A stretch of DNA of 64,000 nt, taken from contig JBCBZT010000012.1 of the NCBI GenBank assembly GCA_039815185.1, positions 96,001-160,000 of the forward strand, given 5' to 3'. The notes beneath the pieces are model-generated. The model did no database searches. It was given only the letters and a program-made list of their open reading frames with translations, and was not told the origin of the DNA. The stretch is from Cyanobacteria bacterium P01_A01_bin.123 (GTDB lineage Bacteria > Cyanobacteriota > Cyanobacteriia > Phormidesmidales > Phormidesmidaceae). Position 1 is the stretch's first letter, and the number at the start of each line of letters is the position of its first letter. This document shows positions 1-10,052 of this stretch, one piece after another. Position numbers and translations under genes: made by a program.

Positions 1-318
1 GATGTCAACATACTGGTTGGGGGCAATTTGACCATCGATTAAAAAGACCCTACCCACCTCCACCAGCGCCGATGGGTTAGCCACTTTATCAAGGCCAAAC
101 TGCCCTGGGCGACCAATCTCAACCTGACCAATGGCAATTTTTCGGCCGGTGATGTTGTAAGGCGCTTGGTGGAGCCGCAGGGCATCAATGCCGCCACTGC
201 CGACAGACGTCGACAGCGCGATCGCCGGTAAACCCACCGCCGCACTCAAAGCCCCACCCAGTAATCCATATCGTTTTCGTAAAAAGCGCTTCAGTTGAAA
301 AAAAGAAGAATTTGCCAT
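1..318 (-). CDS. S8 (subtilisin-like) serine peptidase, N-terminal part; runs off the window edge
   Basis: Not in the ORF track. Manual translation from ATG 318 gives MANSSFFQLKRFLRKRYGLLGGALSAAVGLPAIAL...GIDALRLHQAPYNITGRKIAIGQVEIGRPGQFGLDK, a signal-like N-terminus followed by a segment I recognise from cyanobacterial S8 peptidases. The frame is open to position 1. Confidence 0.75.
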   Translation of the reverse strand, partial: MANSSFFQLKRFLRKRYGLLGGALSAAVGLPAIALSTSVGSGGIDALRLHQAPYNITGRKIAIGQVEIGRPGQFGLDKVANPSALVEVGRVFLIDGQIAPNQYVDI

Positions 319-515
319 CAAGGGTCAAGCCTTATCTAAGTCCAGAGGGGGTAGTTTCGCTCAGGAAAAACGTTAGCTTTTCAATTGGAATTGAGATTAC
401 GCCAACATCGCCGAGCTCCATCCCGAGTCTAAAGAGTCTGATCTCAACCTGGCTAGGAGGAATCTAAAGACTTTGTTACGATAGATACGACAGTCTTGAT
501 AGGAGGGAGCCACCC

Positions 516-1217
516 GTGAGCCAGTCCAAGAAATCCGTTGTTATTTCCCCATCAATTCTATCAGCCGACTTTAGTCGGTTGGGAGATGAGATTCGTGCTG
601 CTGATGAAGCCGGTGCCGATTGGATTCATGTTGATGTGATGGATGGTCGCTTCGTGCCCAACATCACCATTGGCCCTCTGATTGTGCAAGCCATTCGTCC
701 GATTACCCAAAAGCCTCTAGACGTTCATTTGATGATCGTCGAACCCGAAAAATACGTCGCCGATTTTGCCAAAGCCGGGGCTGACATCATCTCGGTTCAT
801 GCTGAGCACAATGCGTCTCCCCACCTGCATCGCACGCTGGGGCAAATTCGGGAACTGGGCAAGCAAGCGGGTGTGGTGCTCAACCCGTCTACGCCGCTCT
901 CTCTAATCGAACATGTTTTGCCGCTGTGTGACTTGGTGTTGATTATGAGTGTGAACCCTGGTTTTGGCGGTCAAAGCTTTATTCCTGAAATGGTGTCTAA
1001 GGTCCGGGCCCTCCGCCAAATGTGCGACGAGCGTGGTCTAGATCCCTGGATTGAGGTCGATGGCGGTCTTAAAGTCAACAACACCTGGCAGGTGTTAGAG
1101 GCGGGCGCAAACGCCATCGTGGCTGGGTCTGCGGTATTTAAGGCCGATGACTATGCGACGGCCATTGAAGGCATTCGCCACAGCAAGCGCCCTGCCCCTG
1201 AACTAGCTGCTGTCTAA
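516..1217 (+). CDS. rpe: ribulose-phosphate 3-epimerase
   Basis: [35 protein letters not shown] and EVDGG motifs; GTG start after an AGGAGG RBS. Confidence 0.98.
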   Translation: MSQSKKSVVISPSILSADFSRLGDEIRAADEAGADWIHVDVMDGRFVPNITIGPLIVQAIRPITQKPLDVHLMIVEPEKYVADFAKAGADIISVHAEHNASPHLHRTLGQIRELGKQAGVVLNPSTPLSLIEHVLPLCDLVLIMSVNPGFGGQSFIPEMVSKVRALRQMCDERGLDPWIEVDGGLKVNNTWQVLEAGANAIVAGSAVFKADDYATAIEGIRHSKRPAPELAAV

Positions 1218-1256
1218 GGCATACGCTTTGCGGATAACTGAAGAATAGCTCGGAGG

Positions 1257-1287
1257 CGCGATCGCACTTAAATGCGATCGCGTTTTT
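1257..1287 (+). terminator. intrinsic terminator whose stem is built from two HIP1 sites
   Basis: CGCGATCGCA-cttaaa-TGCGATCGCG followed by TTTTT, 40 nt after the rpe stop. Confidence 0.7.
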
Positions 1288-1306
1288 ATGTAGGATTGGC
1301 CAATTG

Positions 1307-1412
1307 ATAGCGCTGGCCGGATTGCTGAGTGCACCTAGTATTGCTGGGATGCTCAGCACACCAGCAATCTGGCTCGCCGTAGCGCACAAAGCTTTGTGGC
1401 TACGGCTGTATA
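1307..1412 (+). repeat. ~105-bp structured intergenic repeat (MITE-like), copy 1
   Basis: Aligns by eye with 14688-14794 and 26314-26418; nested hairpins GCCGGATTGCT...AGCAATCTGGC and GCCGTAGC...GCTACGGC. Confidence 0.85.
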
Positions 1413-1549
1413 AGGGGGAAGGGGGGATCTGTCCAGTCTTTGGGTGTAGTTCAGTTTTAGAGAACTGGTATAAACCCTTTATGTGAAAAAACGTCACAGC
1501 TTTGCTGTGACGCCTTGCACTATGGGAAAACGAAGCTTGATGAGTCGCC

Positions 1550-2275
1550 TTAGTAGGGTTCAGCCCCCTCCTCATTAGCTTCTTGCTCTTCCAACGCCCT
1601 ACGCTCTGCCTCGTTCAGCATCTGCGTTGCTTCCCCTTGATTCAAATTAATCTCTTCTTCAGGCGTACCCACAAAGAACAAAGTAATGAAGATAGTCGCC
1701 ATCGCGGCCAAAAATACTCCGACAGCCGCAAGTAAGCCCAGCTTGGCAACGGGAATGCTCTTACGAACCGCAAAAATTGTAATTGCAAACACCGACGCTA
1801 AGAAAAGCTGGGATACGAAGCTCATTGTTGGGAATGCTGAGCACAAAGTAATCAGCAGTGTGTCAAATGCGATCGCTAGTAAAAAGATTTGGAGCCGCTG
1901 CCAGTAAATGCTCGAAGCCTTGTTTAAGGAATACTGGAAGGGAACCCAGAGGTTTTTGTCAAACGCCTTGAGCAAATCTTGCAGGGCAAATACAACCACA
2001 CTCGATATTGTCACGAACGCGGTGATCCACTGCAAATAGACCATCGCCCCTAGATTGCCTTGGCGAAACTGTACCACTGCTGCAATTGTGGCACTCATCC
2101 CAAACACAATGACAACCGAGAGGAGCACCCAAGCCGCATTGACGAACAAGTTAGCCATCACCCGAACTCTTTTGGGTGTGGCCTTCCAGCGACGACTTGC
2201 GGCAGAACTTGAACGCTGAACACCCAGCGAACTAGGTACCAACGCAGAAGAACTAGGTGCCTTTTGATAAATCAT
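1550..2275 (-). CDS. hypothetical multi-pass membrane protein
   Basis: 241-aa ORF with about 5 hydrophobic segments and an acidic tail. Confidence 0.7.
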   Translation of the reverse strand: MIYQKAPSSSALVPSSLGVQRSSSAASRRWKATPKRVRVMANLFVNAAWVLLSVVIVFGMSATIAAVVQFRQGNLGAMVYLQWITAFVTISSVVVFALQDLLKAFDKNLWVPFQYSLNKASSIYWQRLQIFLLAIAFDTLLITLCSAFPTMSFVSQLFLASVFAITIFAVRKSIPVAKLGLLAAVGVFLAAMATIFITLFFVGTPEEEINLNQGEATQMLNEAERRALEEQEANEEGAEPY

Positions 2276-2788
2276 TTTTCCGCTTTCCGCCCGTAGAGTT
2301 TCAAGTAAGTCAGATGAAAAATTGCCAACAAGTAATGGTTCAACCAGACGTAAGTTTAAATTAAACTCTGTTCAACCAATAACCTCGGTAAATACACCAT
2401 AGTTAACTCATGATATTGCAATCAAGATATTGGAGATTGCGTAGTGTAAGCAAGGCGTTTAGGCAATCTTTATAGTCTCCATAAGAAGGATGTTGGTAAA
2501 ATCCGCAACACTTCATTTGAGGTTCATGATACCAGGGTATCTACCTAACGCATTACCAGGATACTTTGGCGATCGATCTTAAACAAACTTCTAGTAAGGA
2601 GTGTGCAGGATCGCTATAGTTCGCGCCGTCAGTCAGGTTTCGAGTCGGTACGTCAGCGGAGCACTGGGTCGAGTTGAGCATAATGCCAGAGAGATATAGC
2701 TGGGTGTGATGGAGGCAACTTCTACCAGGTGCCTTGGTTCGATAAGTTTGAAGTAGATATCTAGTCATAAAACGCAAGGGATTGATAT

Positions 2789-4771
2789 ATGGGTGCCAAG
2801 CCATCGACTGAGCAGCATAACGGAAAATTGGCCATTCATCGGTCGGGGGCTTCGGTAAGTTCAAAGGTAGACCTGCCAACCCCTCGCCCCTGGACCATTG
2901 AAGATAGCGAGGAGCTTTACCAAATTCAGGGTTGGGGTGAGCCCTACTTTTCAATCAATGCTGCCGGGCATATGACGGTGTCGCCTAAGGGCGATCGCGG
3001 CGGATCCCTTGATCTTTATGACTTAGTTGAAGCGCTAAAGTTGCGTAATCTGGGTCTACCTATCCTGATTCGGTTCTCGGACATCTTGGAAAATCGGATC
3101 GAGCGGCTGAATGCCTGCTTTGCCAAAGCGATCGCTCGCTATCGGTATAACGGCGAGTATCGTGGCGTATTTCCGGTGAAATGTAATCAGCAGCGCCATC
3201 TGATTGAAGCCTTGGTGCGCTTTGGCAAACCCCACCAGTTTGGTCTAGAAGCGGGGTCTAAACCAGAATTAATGATTGCCTTGGCCACCCTCAATACCCC
3301 AGGAGCGCTATTAATCTGCAACGGCTATAAAGACCAAGAATATGTTGAAACGGCTATGCTCAGCCAAAGATTGGGGCAAACCCCAATTATTGTGGTTGAG
3401 CAACTGAAGGAGCTGGAGTTGGTGATCGACGCCAGTCGGCGGCTCAATATTCGCCCCATGCTGGGGGTGAGGGCTAAACTGACGGCCAAGGGGATGGGGC
3501 GCTGGGGCAGCTCTGTGGGCGATCGCGCTAAATTTGGCCTCACCGTGCTCGAAATTCTGACTGCTGTGGAACGGTTGAAGGTCGCAGGTATGTTGGATTG
3601 TTTGCGACTACTGCATTTTCACATTGGCTCTCAAATTTCCTCGATTAGCGTGATTAAAGATGCCCTGCGAGAAGCGGCCCAAATTTACGTGGAACTGGTT
3701 AAATTGTCAGCCCCCATGGGTTATCTGGACGTGGGGGGCGGCTTGGGCGTCGATTATGACGGGTCTAAAACCAACTTCCATGCGTCTAAGAATTACAGCA
3801 TGCAAAACTACGCCAATGACGTCGTAGCTGAGATCAAAGAAGCCTGTGATGCTGCTGATATCACCGTACCGACCCTGGTCAGTGAAAGTGGCCGCGCGAT
3901 CGCCTCCCATCAGTCGATTTTAGTGTTTGACGTGTTGGGGAGCAGTGAAGTCCCCAAGGGCCTTCCAGAGCCAGCTCAACCCGATGAACACCTAATCATT
4001 CGCAATCTCTACGAGACCTACCGCTCGATCACCCTGAACAATTATCAAGAGGCTTACCACGACGCCATCCAGTTCAAAGATGAAGCGACCAGCTTATTTG
4101 GCTTTGGCTATCTTAGCCTGCGTGAACGAGCCAGAACGGAGCGTCTGTTTTGGGCCTGTTGCGAACGGATTATGACCCTAGTGCACGATGAAGACTATGT
4201 CCCTGACGATCTTGAGGATCTCGAGACGATCATGGCTTCGATCTACTACGTGAACATTTCCGTCTTTCAATCAGCTCCAGACAGTTGGGCCATCGATCAG
4301 CTGTTTCCAATTGTGCCAATTCATCGCCTGGATGAAGAACCAACCTGCCGCGCTACCCTGGCCGACCTGACTTGCGACAGCGACGGCAAAATCGATCAGT
4401 TTATCGATCTACGTGATGTGAAATCGGTGCTAGAACTGCATGCCCTTAAACCAGAACAACCCTATTATCTGGGCATGTTTCTCAACGGCGCCTACCAGGA
4501 AATTATGGGTAGCCTGCACAATCTGTTTGGCGATACCAACGCTGTCCACATTAATATGACGCCCAAGGGGTATCAGGTCGAACATGTGGTCAAAGGGGAC
4601 AGTATGACCGAGGTGCTGGGTTATGTGCAGTATGACGTGGAAGATTTGATCGAAAATCTACGCAAGTGCTCGGAACACGCGCTACAAGAAGGCAAAATTA
4701 CGCTGCAAGAAGCTCAAATGCTGCTGCAAAACTACGAGCGTAGCTTAACTGGGTATACGTATCTAGCGTGA
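2789..4771 (+). CDS. speA: biosynthetic arginine decarboxylase
   Basis: PLP-lysine motif FPVKCNQ; HFHIGSQI, DVGGGLGVDYDG and DLTCDSDG motifs. Confidence 0.97.
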   Translation: MGAKPSTEQHNGKLAIHRSGASVSSKVDLPTPRPWTIEDSEELYQIQGWGEPYFSINAAGHMTVSPKGDRGGSLDLYDLVEALKLRNLGLPILIRFSDILENRIERLNACFAKAIARYRYNGEYRGVFPVKCNQQRHLIEALVRFGKPHQFGLEAGSKPELMIALATLNTPGALLICNGYKDQEYVETAMLSQRLGQTPIIVVEQLKELELVIDASRRLNIRPMLGVRAKLTAKGMGRWGSSVGDRAKFGLTVLEILTAVERLKVAGMLDCLRLLHFHIGSQISSISVIKDALREAAQIYVELVKLSAPMGYLDVGGGLGVDYDGSKTNFHASKNYSMQNYANDVVAEIKEACDAADITVPTLVSESGRAIASHQSILVFDVLGSSEVPKGLPEPAQPDEHLIIRNLYETYRSITLNNYQEAYHDAIQFKDEATSLFGFGYLSLRERARTERLFWACCERIMTLVHDEDYVPDDLEDLETIMASIYYVNISVFQSAPDSWAIDQLFPIVPIHRLDEEPTCRATLADLTCDSDGKIDQFIDLRDVKSVLELHALKPEQPYYLGMFLNGAYQEIMGSLHNLFGDTNAVHINMTPKGYQVEHVVKGDSMTEVLGYVQYDVEDLIENLRKCSEHALQEGKITLQEAQMLLQNYERSLTGYTYLA

Positions 4772-4802
4772 ATTGGGCAATAGAAGTCGATGTAATTGAG
4801 AT

Positions 4803-5264
4803 CTAGCGACTCGCAAAGGGTTTGAGCCAGCCTTGACTCAGCCCCCAATCGAGCAAAGCTGCGACAATGGCAAACAACAGCAGGCTCTCGCCAATGGCGG
4901 CGAGGAACGGCCAAAAATGTTGGTTAAGGGCAGAACCTACGTCCACTAACGCCAGCCCCCGCACCAAACCAAAGGCCAAGACCACGCCACTTTTGAGTTG
5001 GGGATTATTGTCTTGCCGCACGGCGTAGCGGTAGTTGAGGCCAAACAAAGCCCCGGATAGCGCTGCGATCGCACTGCTAATCCAAAACGTTTGGCCACCC
5101 AAACCCTGCGTTATCATCGCCAGCGCGGCTGGCCAGCCCACTGCGTCAATGCGGTGCCAAAGCAGCAATAGGATGCCAAACAACAACGCTGCTGTACCAG
5201 CGACGAGCCCGGCTTTGACTGACTCAAGTCGCTCTTGGGGCGTGAATGGATTCGAAGGCTGCAT
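4803..5264 (-). CDS. conserved hypothetical membrane protein
   Basis: 153 aa with 3-4 TM segments; ERLESVKAG and YRYAVRQDNNPQLKSGVVLAFGLVRGLA look like a conserved cyanobacterial/plastid family. Confidence 0.75.
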   Translation of the reverse strand: MQPSNPFTPQERLESVKAGLVAGTAALLFGILLLLWHRIDAVGWPAALAMITQGLGGQTFWISSAIAALSGALFGLNYRYAVRQDNNPQLKSGVVLAFGLVRGLALVDVGSALNQHFWPFLAAIGESLLLFAIVAALLDWGLSQGWLKPFASR

Positions 5265-5339
5265 GGGGTCACATTCCCGACAAACTTTACCGTATGATGA
5301 AGAATGTCATCATCAACACTTTTAATTTAGACATCTCCT

Positions 5340-5429
5340 ATGGATATCTTGACGCTGGGTTGGGTTTCTTTGCTAGTCGTTTTCACCTTTTCAATTTCGT
5401 TGGTCGTTTGGGCCCGTAATGGCCTGTAA
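5340..5429 (+). CDS. petN: cytochrome b6f complex subunit VIII (PetN)
   Basis: Below the ORF-track cutoff; translates to [29 protein letters not shown] (29 aa), the PetN pattern. Confidence 0.97.
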   Translation: MDILTLGWVSLLVVFTFSISLVVWARNGL

Positions 5430-5504
5430 ACCCACCCAAGTTTGCATTAAGTAGGGGCATGCATGCCATGCCCTGAGCATGATTTTAGTGGACGAAGGTT
5501 AAGT

Positions 5505-5684
5505 ATGGGTTTGGTCGCCGAAAGCCAAATTTACACCGTTCTTGCAGTGCTGGCCTTTGTGTTGATGGCAACTGTAACTGGCGGCGTGGTGTATTTGACC
5601 GCCGCAGAATGGCGCGATCGCCGCCGCCGTGGTCGTGACCAGCAGGGCGCTAGCAAAGGCACTCGCCGTAGTCGTAAATCGTGA
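5505..5684 (+). CDS. small single-TM hypothetical protein
   Basis: From ATG 5505: one TM helix, then TGGVVYLTAAEWRDRRRR; its stop overlaps the rsmB start (GTGA). Confidence 0.7.
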   Translation: MGLVAESQIYTVLAVLAFVLMATVTGGVVYLTAAEWRDRRRRGRDQQGASKGTRRSRKS

Positions 5685-7030
5685 TCATCCAAGATGCCCG
5701 TCAGTTGGCCTTGGTTGTGTTGCAAACAGTGCGTCGGGGTGCCTTTGCTGATGTGGCCCTTGATCAAGGCTTTGCTAAGGCAGATTTGTCGAGTCGCGAT
5801 CGCGGTCTGGCCACCGAATTAGTTTATGGTAGCCTGCGTCGTCAGCGCACTTTGGATGCTCTGATTGATCAGCTAGGCAAAAAAAAGGCTGAACAGCAAC
5901 CCCCAGATTTGCGCCTGATTTTGCACCTAGGCTTTTATCAACTGCGCTATCTCGATCAAATTCCAGTCTCAGCAGCGGTCGATACCACGGTTAACCTAGC
6001 GAAACAGAATGGCCTGAGCCGTTTAGCCTCAGTGGTGAATGGCATTTTACGTCAGTATGCTCGACTCGCTGATCGAGGGCAAGATCAGGGCGATGTGTTG
6101 CAACTGCCTGCCGATCCGATCCAACAGTTGGGGATACTGCACAGCTTCCCCGACTGGATTGTGGAGTGTTTTCGCCAGACATTGCCTCTACCGGAAGTTG
6201 ATGCGCTTTGTGATTGGTTGAATCGCTCACCGACTCTCGATTTACGCATTAATTCCCACATTACTACCCGAGATGCGGTTGAAGCCACCTTCAAGTCTGC
6301 CCAAGTCGCCGTAGAACACTTGCCCCACCTACCCCACGCCCTGCGCCTCAGCGAACATGTGGGCGCACTTCACACGCTACCCGGTTATGCCGAGGGTTGG
6401 TGGAGTGTGCAAGACGGCAGCGCCCAACTCGTAGCCCAACTGGTTGATCCCCAACCGGGGGAAACTATTATCGATGCTTGTGCGGCCCCTGGGGGCAAGG
6501 CGACTCATCTGGCAGAACTGATGGGCGATCGCGGACGGGTGATCGCTTGCGATCGCGCTGCTTCTCGGTTGAAAAAAGTGGCGCAAAATAGCTACCGACT
6601 GAAGCTCAACAGCATTGAAGCCCATTGTGTCGATAGCACTGACCACCCGGCCTTTCAAAACCTGGGCGATCGCGTCTTAGTGGATGCTCCGTGCTCTGGC
6701 CTCGGCACCCTCCACCGCCACGCCGATGCCCGCTGGCGACAAACTCCTGAAAGTGTAGACGGGTTAACCCAGCTTCAGCAAACTATCTTGAACCACACCG
6801 CAACCTGGGTGAAACCTGGTGGGCTGCTCGTTTATGCAACCTGTACCCTCCACCCTGCCGAAAATGAAGGCGTGGTTCAAGCCTTTCTCAATCAGCACCC
6901 CGCCTGGGAAGTTGAAGCCCCTGAGGGAGATCTCAGCGCGATCGCCTCTCCCGGAGGTTGGATCAAGCGTTGGCCCCACCGCGACGACACCGATGGATTT
7001 TTCATTGCCCGTCTGCGTCATCATCGTTAG
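5681..7030 (+). CDS. rsmB: 16S rRNA (cytosine967-C5)-methyltransferase (Sun/Fmu)
   Basis: NusB-like N-terminus; DACAAPGGK, VDAPCSGLG, YATCTL and DGFFIARL motifs. Confidence 0.95.
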   Translation: MIIQDARQLALVVLQTVRRGAFADVALDQGFAKADLSSRDRGLATELVYGSLRRQRTLDALIDQLGKKKAEQQPPDLRLILHLGFYQLRYLDQIPVSAAVDTTVNLAKQNGLSRLASVVNGILRQYARLADRGQDQGDVLQLPADPIQQLGILHSFPDWIVECFRQTLPLPEVDALCDWLNRSPTLDLRINSHITTRDAVEATFKSAQVAVEHLPHLPHALRLSEHVGALHTLPGYAEGWWSVQDGSAQLVAQLVDPQPGETIIDACAAPGGKATHLAELMGDRGRVIACDRAASRLKKVAQNSYRLKLNSIEAHCVDSTDHPAFQNLGDRVLVDAPCSGLGTLHRHADARWRQTPESVDGLTQLQQTILNHTATWVKPGGLLVYATCTLHPAENEGVVQAFLNQHPAWEVEAPEGDLSAIASPGGWIKRWPHRDDTDGFFIARLRHHR

Positions 7031-7075
7031 GGGCCATCATCGTTAAGCGTTGGATTAGGAGACACCAAAGTAGGA

Positions 7076-7327
7076 CTATTGGTTCTGCTCCGCTTGTTCC
7101 AACTTTTCCCGAGAATCACCCCAGTAGGCACTGTAGGTCCACTCTTCATTGCTGCCTTTGTCTTCGACCGACCAGCGATAGGTGGCAATCTTTGGGTTCA
7201 CGCCCACTTCAATCAGCTTGGCCCCCATGTAATATTCCATCTGATTACGCGTCCGCTGCTTAAAGAACTCTGATTGGGCCTTGGGCAACGTGCGGGACAT
7301 GTGAGCCTGGGTGTGTTTCGCCATCAA
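7076..7327 (-). CDS. hypothetical protein
   Basis: 83-aa ORF with natural composition, co-oriented with the upstream minus-strand genes. Confidence 0.7.
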   Translation of the reverse strand: MMAKHTQAHMSRTLPKAQSEFFKQRTRNQMEYYMGAKLIEVGVNPKIATYRWSVEDKGSNEEWTYSAYWGDSREKLEQAEQNQ

Positions 7328-7428
7328 TTACAAACCTATCGTCATTCAAATTAAGTGCAATCATGCCATTTGGCATAGTCTCTTATTTTGAATGACAAGC
7401 GTAGTCGGAGCAAACGCTGACTCAGGCA

Positions 7429-7773
7429 TTAGCTGACGGCTGCCAGGACACCGGGCAAGCCGATTTCACTGCAAACCTCATAAAAGCGAGTCACGGGTGG
7501 GGTTTCAAACAGGTGAGAAATCTTGCTGAGGGCAGCTTGATGCACCTCATTGTGGGCTTGGGCATCCATGTCACCGACGTTTTCCCATAGGATGATGGCA
7601 ATCCCGCGATCGCTGTCGGGTTCTTGCAGCAAGTAAGCCCCCTTGAACCCTTGGGAATAGGTCGAGACAGCCTGCTCGTAGAGTTGACGCGCTTCTGTAA
7701 ACGTACCGGGCTTAAATTCGCCAATGGCGACATAGGCAGACTTGTGCTTCAAGAAATCTGAAAATTCACTCAT
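7429..7773 (-). CDS. antibiotic biosynthesis monooxygenase (ABM)-like protein
   Basis: GFKGAYLL...IAIILWE pattern of a dimeric alpha/beta barrel; GGAGG RBS. Confidence 0.65.
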   Translation of the reverse strand: MSEFSDFLKHKSAYVAIGEFKPGTFTEARQLYEQAVSTYSQGFKGAYLLQEPDSDRGIAIILWENVGDMDAQAHNEVHQAALSKISHLFETPPVTRFYEVCSEIGLPGVLAAVS

Positions 7774-8007
7774 AGGGGGCCTCCTGTTCTATGGGGTTAG
7801 GCCATTAGTTTCCCTCACTTGATCGCCAACCCGCAGAAATCTTGGTCAGGTTTTAGATTCTGTTGTCTAAATCGACAAAAGTATGGAGAATCATTGCGCT
7901 GTTATGTGTGGGTGTTAACAAACGCTGCATTATCCCATTGCTGACAGAGAACAAGATTTAGTTAGTACTAGCCGCCCTAGTCGTATTAACCCTGAGACCA
8001 CTCCATC

Positions 8008-9207
8008 TCACAGCAAATAAACGGGTTGAATTTCAGCATAAAATCTATTAAAAGTAGAGGTGCGATAGCTGGTGTAGACCTGTTGAACCGTTTCCATCGC
8101 CTCGGGTAGCAAATGCCCTGCCAATTCAACGTCTTTGCCTCGTCTTTGAATCATCAGTGCCGCGTTTTTCATACCAGGCACTTTTGTGGATCTCTCTTGT
8201 TCTCTCAGGGGTGACAAGCTGGATTTCTCAATGCCAAAAACTTGACGGCGATATCCAAAGAGTATCTCGTATGCAGTCAGATTGTTATCGTCAAAGCTTA
8301 GAACCACCTTGGCAAACAACAAATATAGGAATTTACTCCAAATAAAATAGACGACAGCTGTAAAAAATAAGACTTGGAACCCCCAAGCTGGCAGAATAAG
8401 GAAAAGATTGTCTGAGGCTATCGGATCGTTTAGATAGTCAGACAGCCCAAACACAACCATTACAACCAAGCCATATAGAGCGAACAGGAAAAACATTAAA
8501 GGCACACAGATTATTGCAAAGTTCTCTTGTAAATCTTGAGAGGAAATTTTATAAAATTCAATTCTTATTGAGTCTGACTGTTTTTGAACAACGAAAGCAC
8601 GTGAAGTAAAGAAGCCTATTAGTTTCTTGATGAGAGATTCTGATGATCTTGACTCGGGAAAGTCAGCCATCTCTTTAGGATATTGAACACTGGGTAATTG
8701 TTCTTGATAACAGTCATCTAAGAACGCTCCCTCTGACCCATAAGCAATTTTCAGGCTAACCATCATCTGGAAGATTAGTCCAAAGAAAGGAATAATGCAG
8801 AACATCACGACTGGGCTTTTACTGATCAGTAGATCTGGCAATATACGAATAAATTCTGAGAATATTTTAAGCGGATTAGTTGTGAGTGGATGAGTGATTT
8901 CTAGATCTTGGTTATAGATAAAACTATCAACTGCTGCTACTGTATAGGGGATAAAACACCACAGTCCAAAAATTAGCGTCCCTAAACTTTTGAATAGATT
9001 CAATGGTGTCAAACCTTGCCATTGCCACCGATACTTTTGGCGATGCTGAATCGCAAACTTTATGAGTATCCCAGCCCAAAGACCGGCCAGCACAATCCTC
9101 GAAATACCGTTGATGGGCAGCAGCATTTGCAAGCCCATGCCCATGAAAAAGGTGAAAAAAAGCTTGTGGTCGAATGAAGCAGCGTTCTTCCGGGATTGGC
9201 GTTGCAT
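8008..9207 (-). CDS. hypothetical membrane protein
   Basis: 399-aa ORF with several TM segments; AT-rich with no HIP1 site seen. Confidence 0.7.
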   Translation of the reverse strand: MQRQSRKNAASFDHKLFFTFFMGMGLQMLLPINGISRIVLAGLWAGILIKFAIQHRQKYRWQWQGLTPLNLFKSLGTLIFGLWCFIPYTVAAVDSFIYNQDLEITHPLTTNPLKIFSEFIRILPDLLISKSPVVMFCIIPFFGLIFQMMVSLKIAYGSEGAFLDDCYQEQLPSVQYPKEMADFPESRSSESLIKKLIGFFTSRAFVVQKQSDSIRIEFYKISSQDLQENFAIICVPLMFFLFALYGLVVMVVFGLSDYLNDPIASDNLFLILPAWGFQVLFFTAVVYFIWSKFLYLLFAKVVLSFDDNNLTAYEILFGYRRQVFGIEKSSLSPLREQERSTKVPGMKNAALMIQRRGKDVELAGHLLPEAMETVQQVYTSYRTSTFNRFYAEIQPVYLL

Positions 9208-9388
9208 GGTAAATAAATTTGCAATCAGAAATCACAACTATTAGCGTTCCCATTCAGTAGTCCCTTCTCGAAACATCTGCATGGAGAACTCCTGACAGGT
9301 TGCTTCAATCCCATGGCAACTATGCTTTGACCAGAATTTTTTGTCCATTTCTGCGTATACTGACCAGGGAACAACACCAGAGGCAACA

Positions 9389-10030
9389 TTGGGCGTAGAA
9401 CTTCGCAGTTACGTATATATCGACAATCTTCAACCGCAACACGCGGCCTATATGGGAACCGTTGCCATCGGCTTTTTGCCCCTACCGGGGGATGCGTCCC
9501 TCTGGATTGAGATTTCACCCGGTATTGAAATTAACCGCGTCACCGATGTGGCCCTCAAGTCAGCCGTGGTGCGCCCCGGCGTGCTCATGGTTGAACGACT
9601 TTACGGCTTGCTCGAAATTCACTCCAGCAGTCAAGGCGAGGTCAAGGCATCGAGCCGAGCCATCCTAGATACCCTGGGGGTACGCCGCACAGACTGCCTA
9701 AAACCGAGGATTGTATCGAGTCAGGTGATTCGCAATCTAGACCCGCACCACGTACAGTTGATTAACCGCAACCGCCGGGGCAATATGATTGTGGCGGGGC
9801 AAACACTCTATGTGTTTGAAGTTGAGCCCGCGGCCTATGCTGCCCTCGCCGCTAATGAAGCGGAAAAGGCGGCGCTGATCAATATTTTGTCAATCAATGC
9901 CATAGGCAGCTTTGGACGTCTTTATTTGGGGGGTGCTGAGCGAGATATTCTCGCAGCTGAACAAGCCGTACTCGGCGCGATCGAAAGCCTACCCGGGCGA
10001 GCCCATGGCAATGGTAAACGCAACGAGTAA
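9389..10030 (+). CDS. ccmP: carboxysome shell protein CcmP (tandem BMC domain)
   Basis: [46 protein letters not shown] and [10 protein letters not shown]; probable TTG start at 9389 after GAGG, giving 213 aa. Confidence 0.9.
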   Translation: MGVELRSYVYIDNLQPQHAAYMGTVAIGFLPLPGDASLWIEISPGIEINRVTDVALKSAVVRPGVLMVERLYGLLEIHSSSQGEVKASSRAILDTLGVRRTDCLKPRIVSSQVIRNLDPHHVQLINRNRRGNMIVAGQTLYVFEVEPAAYAALAANEAEKAALINILSINAIGSFGRLYLGGAERDILAAEQAVLGAIESLPGRAHGNGKRNE

Positions 10031-10052
10031 GGGCAGCGGCCACTCACCCCTA

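Noticed and set aside
39..245. 68-aa ORF from the track
   Set aside because: Wrong frame; the real gene is the S8 peptidase frame 1-318
1138..1575. ORFs over the intergenic repeat (also 14567-14907 and 26278-26499) with similar peptides
   Set aside because: The similarity comes from the DNA repeat; frames and strands are not conserved between copies
2540..2788. Riboswitch in the long speA upstream region
   Set aside because: No recognisable aptamer consensus or convincing terminator
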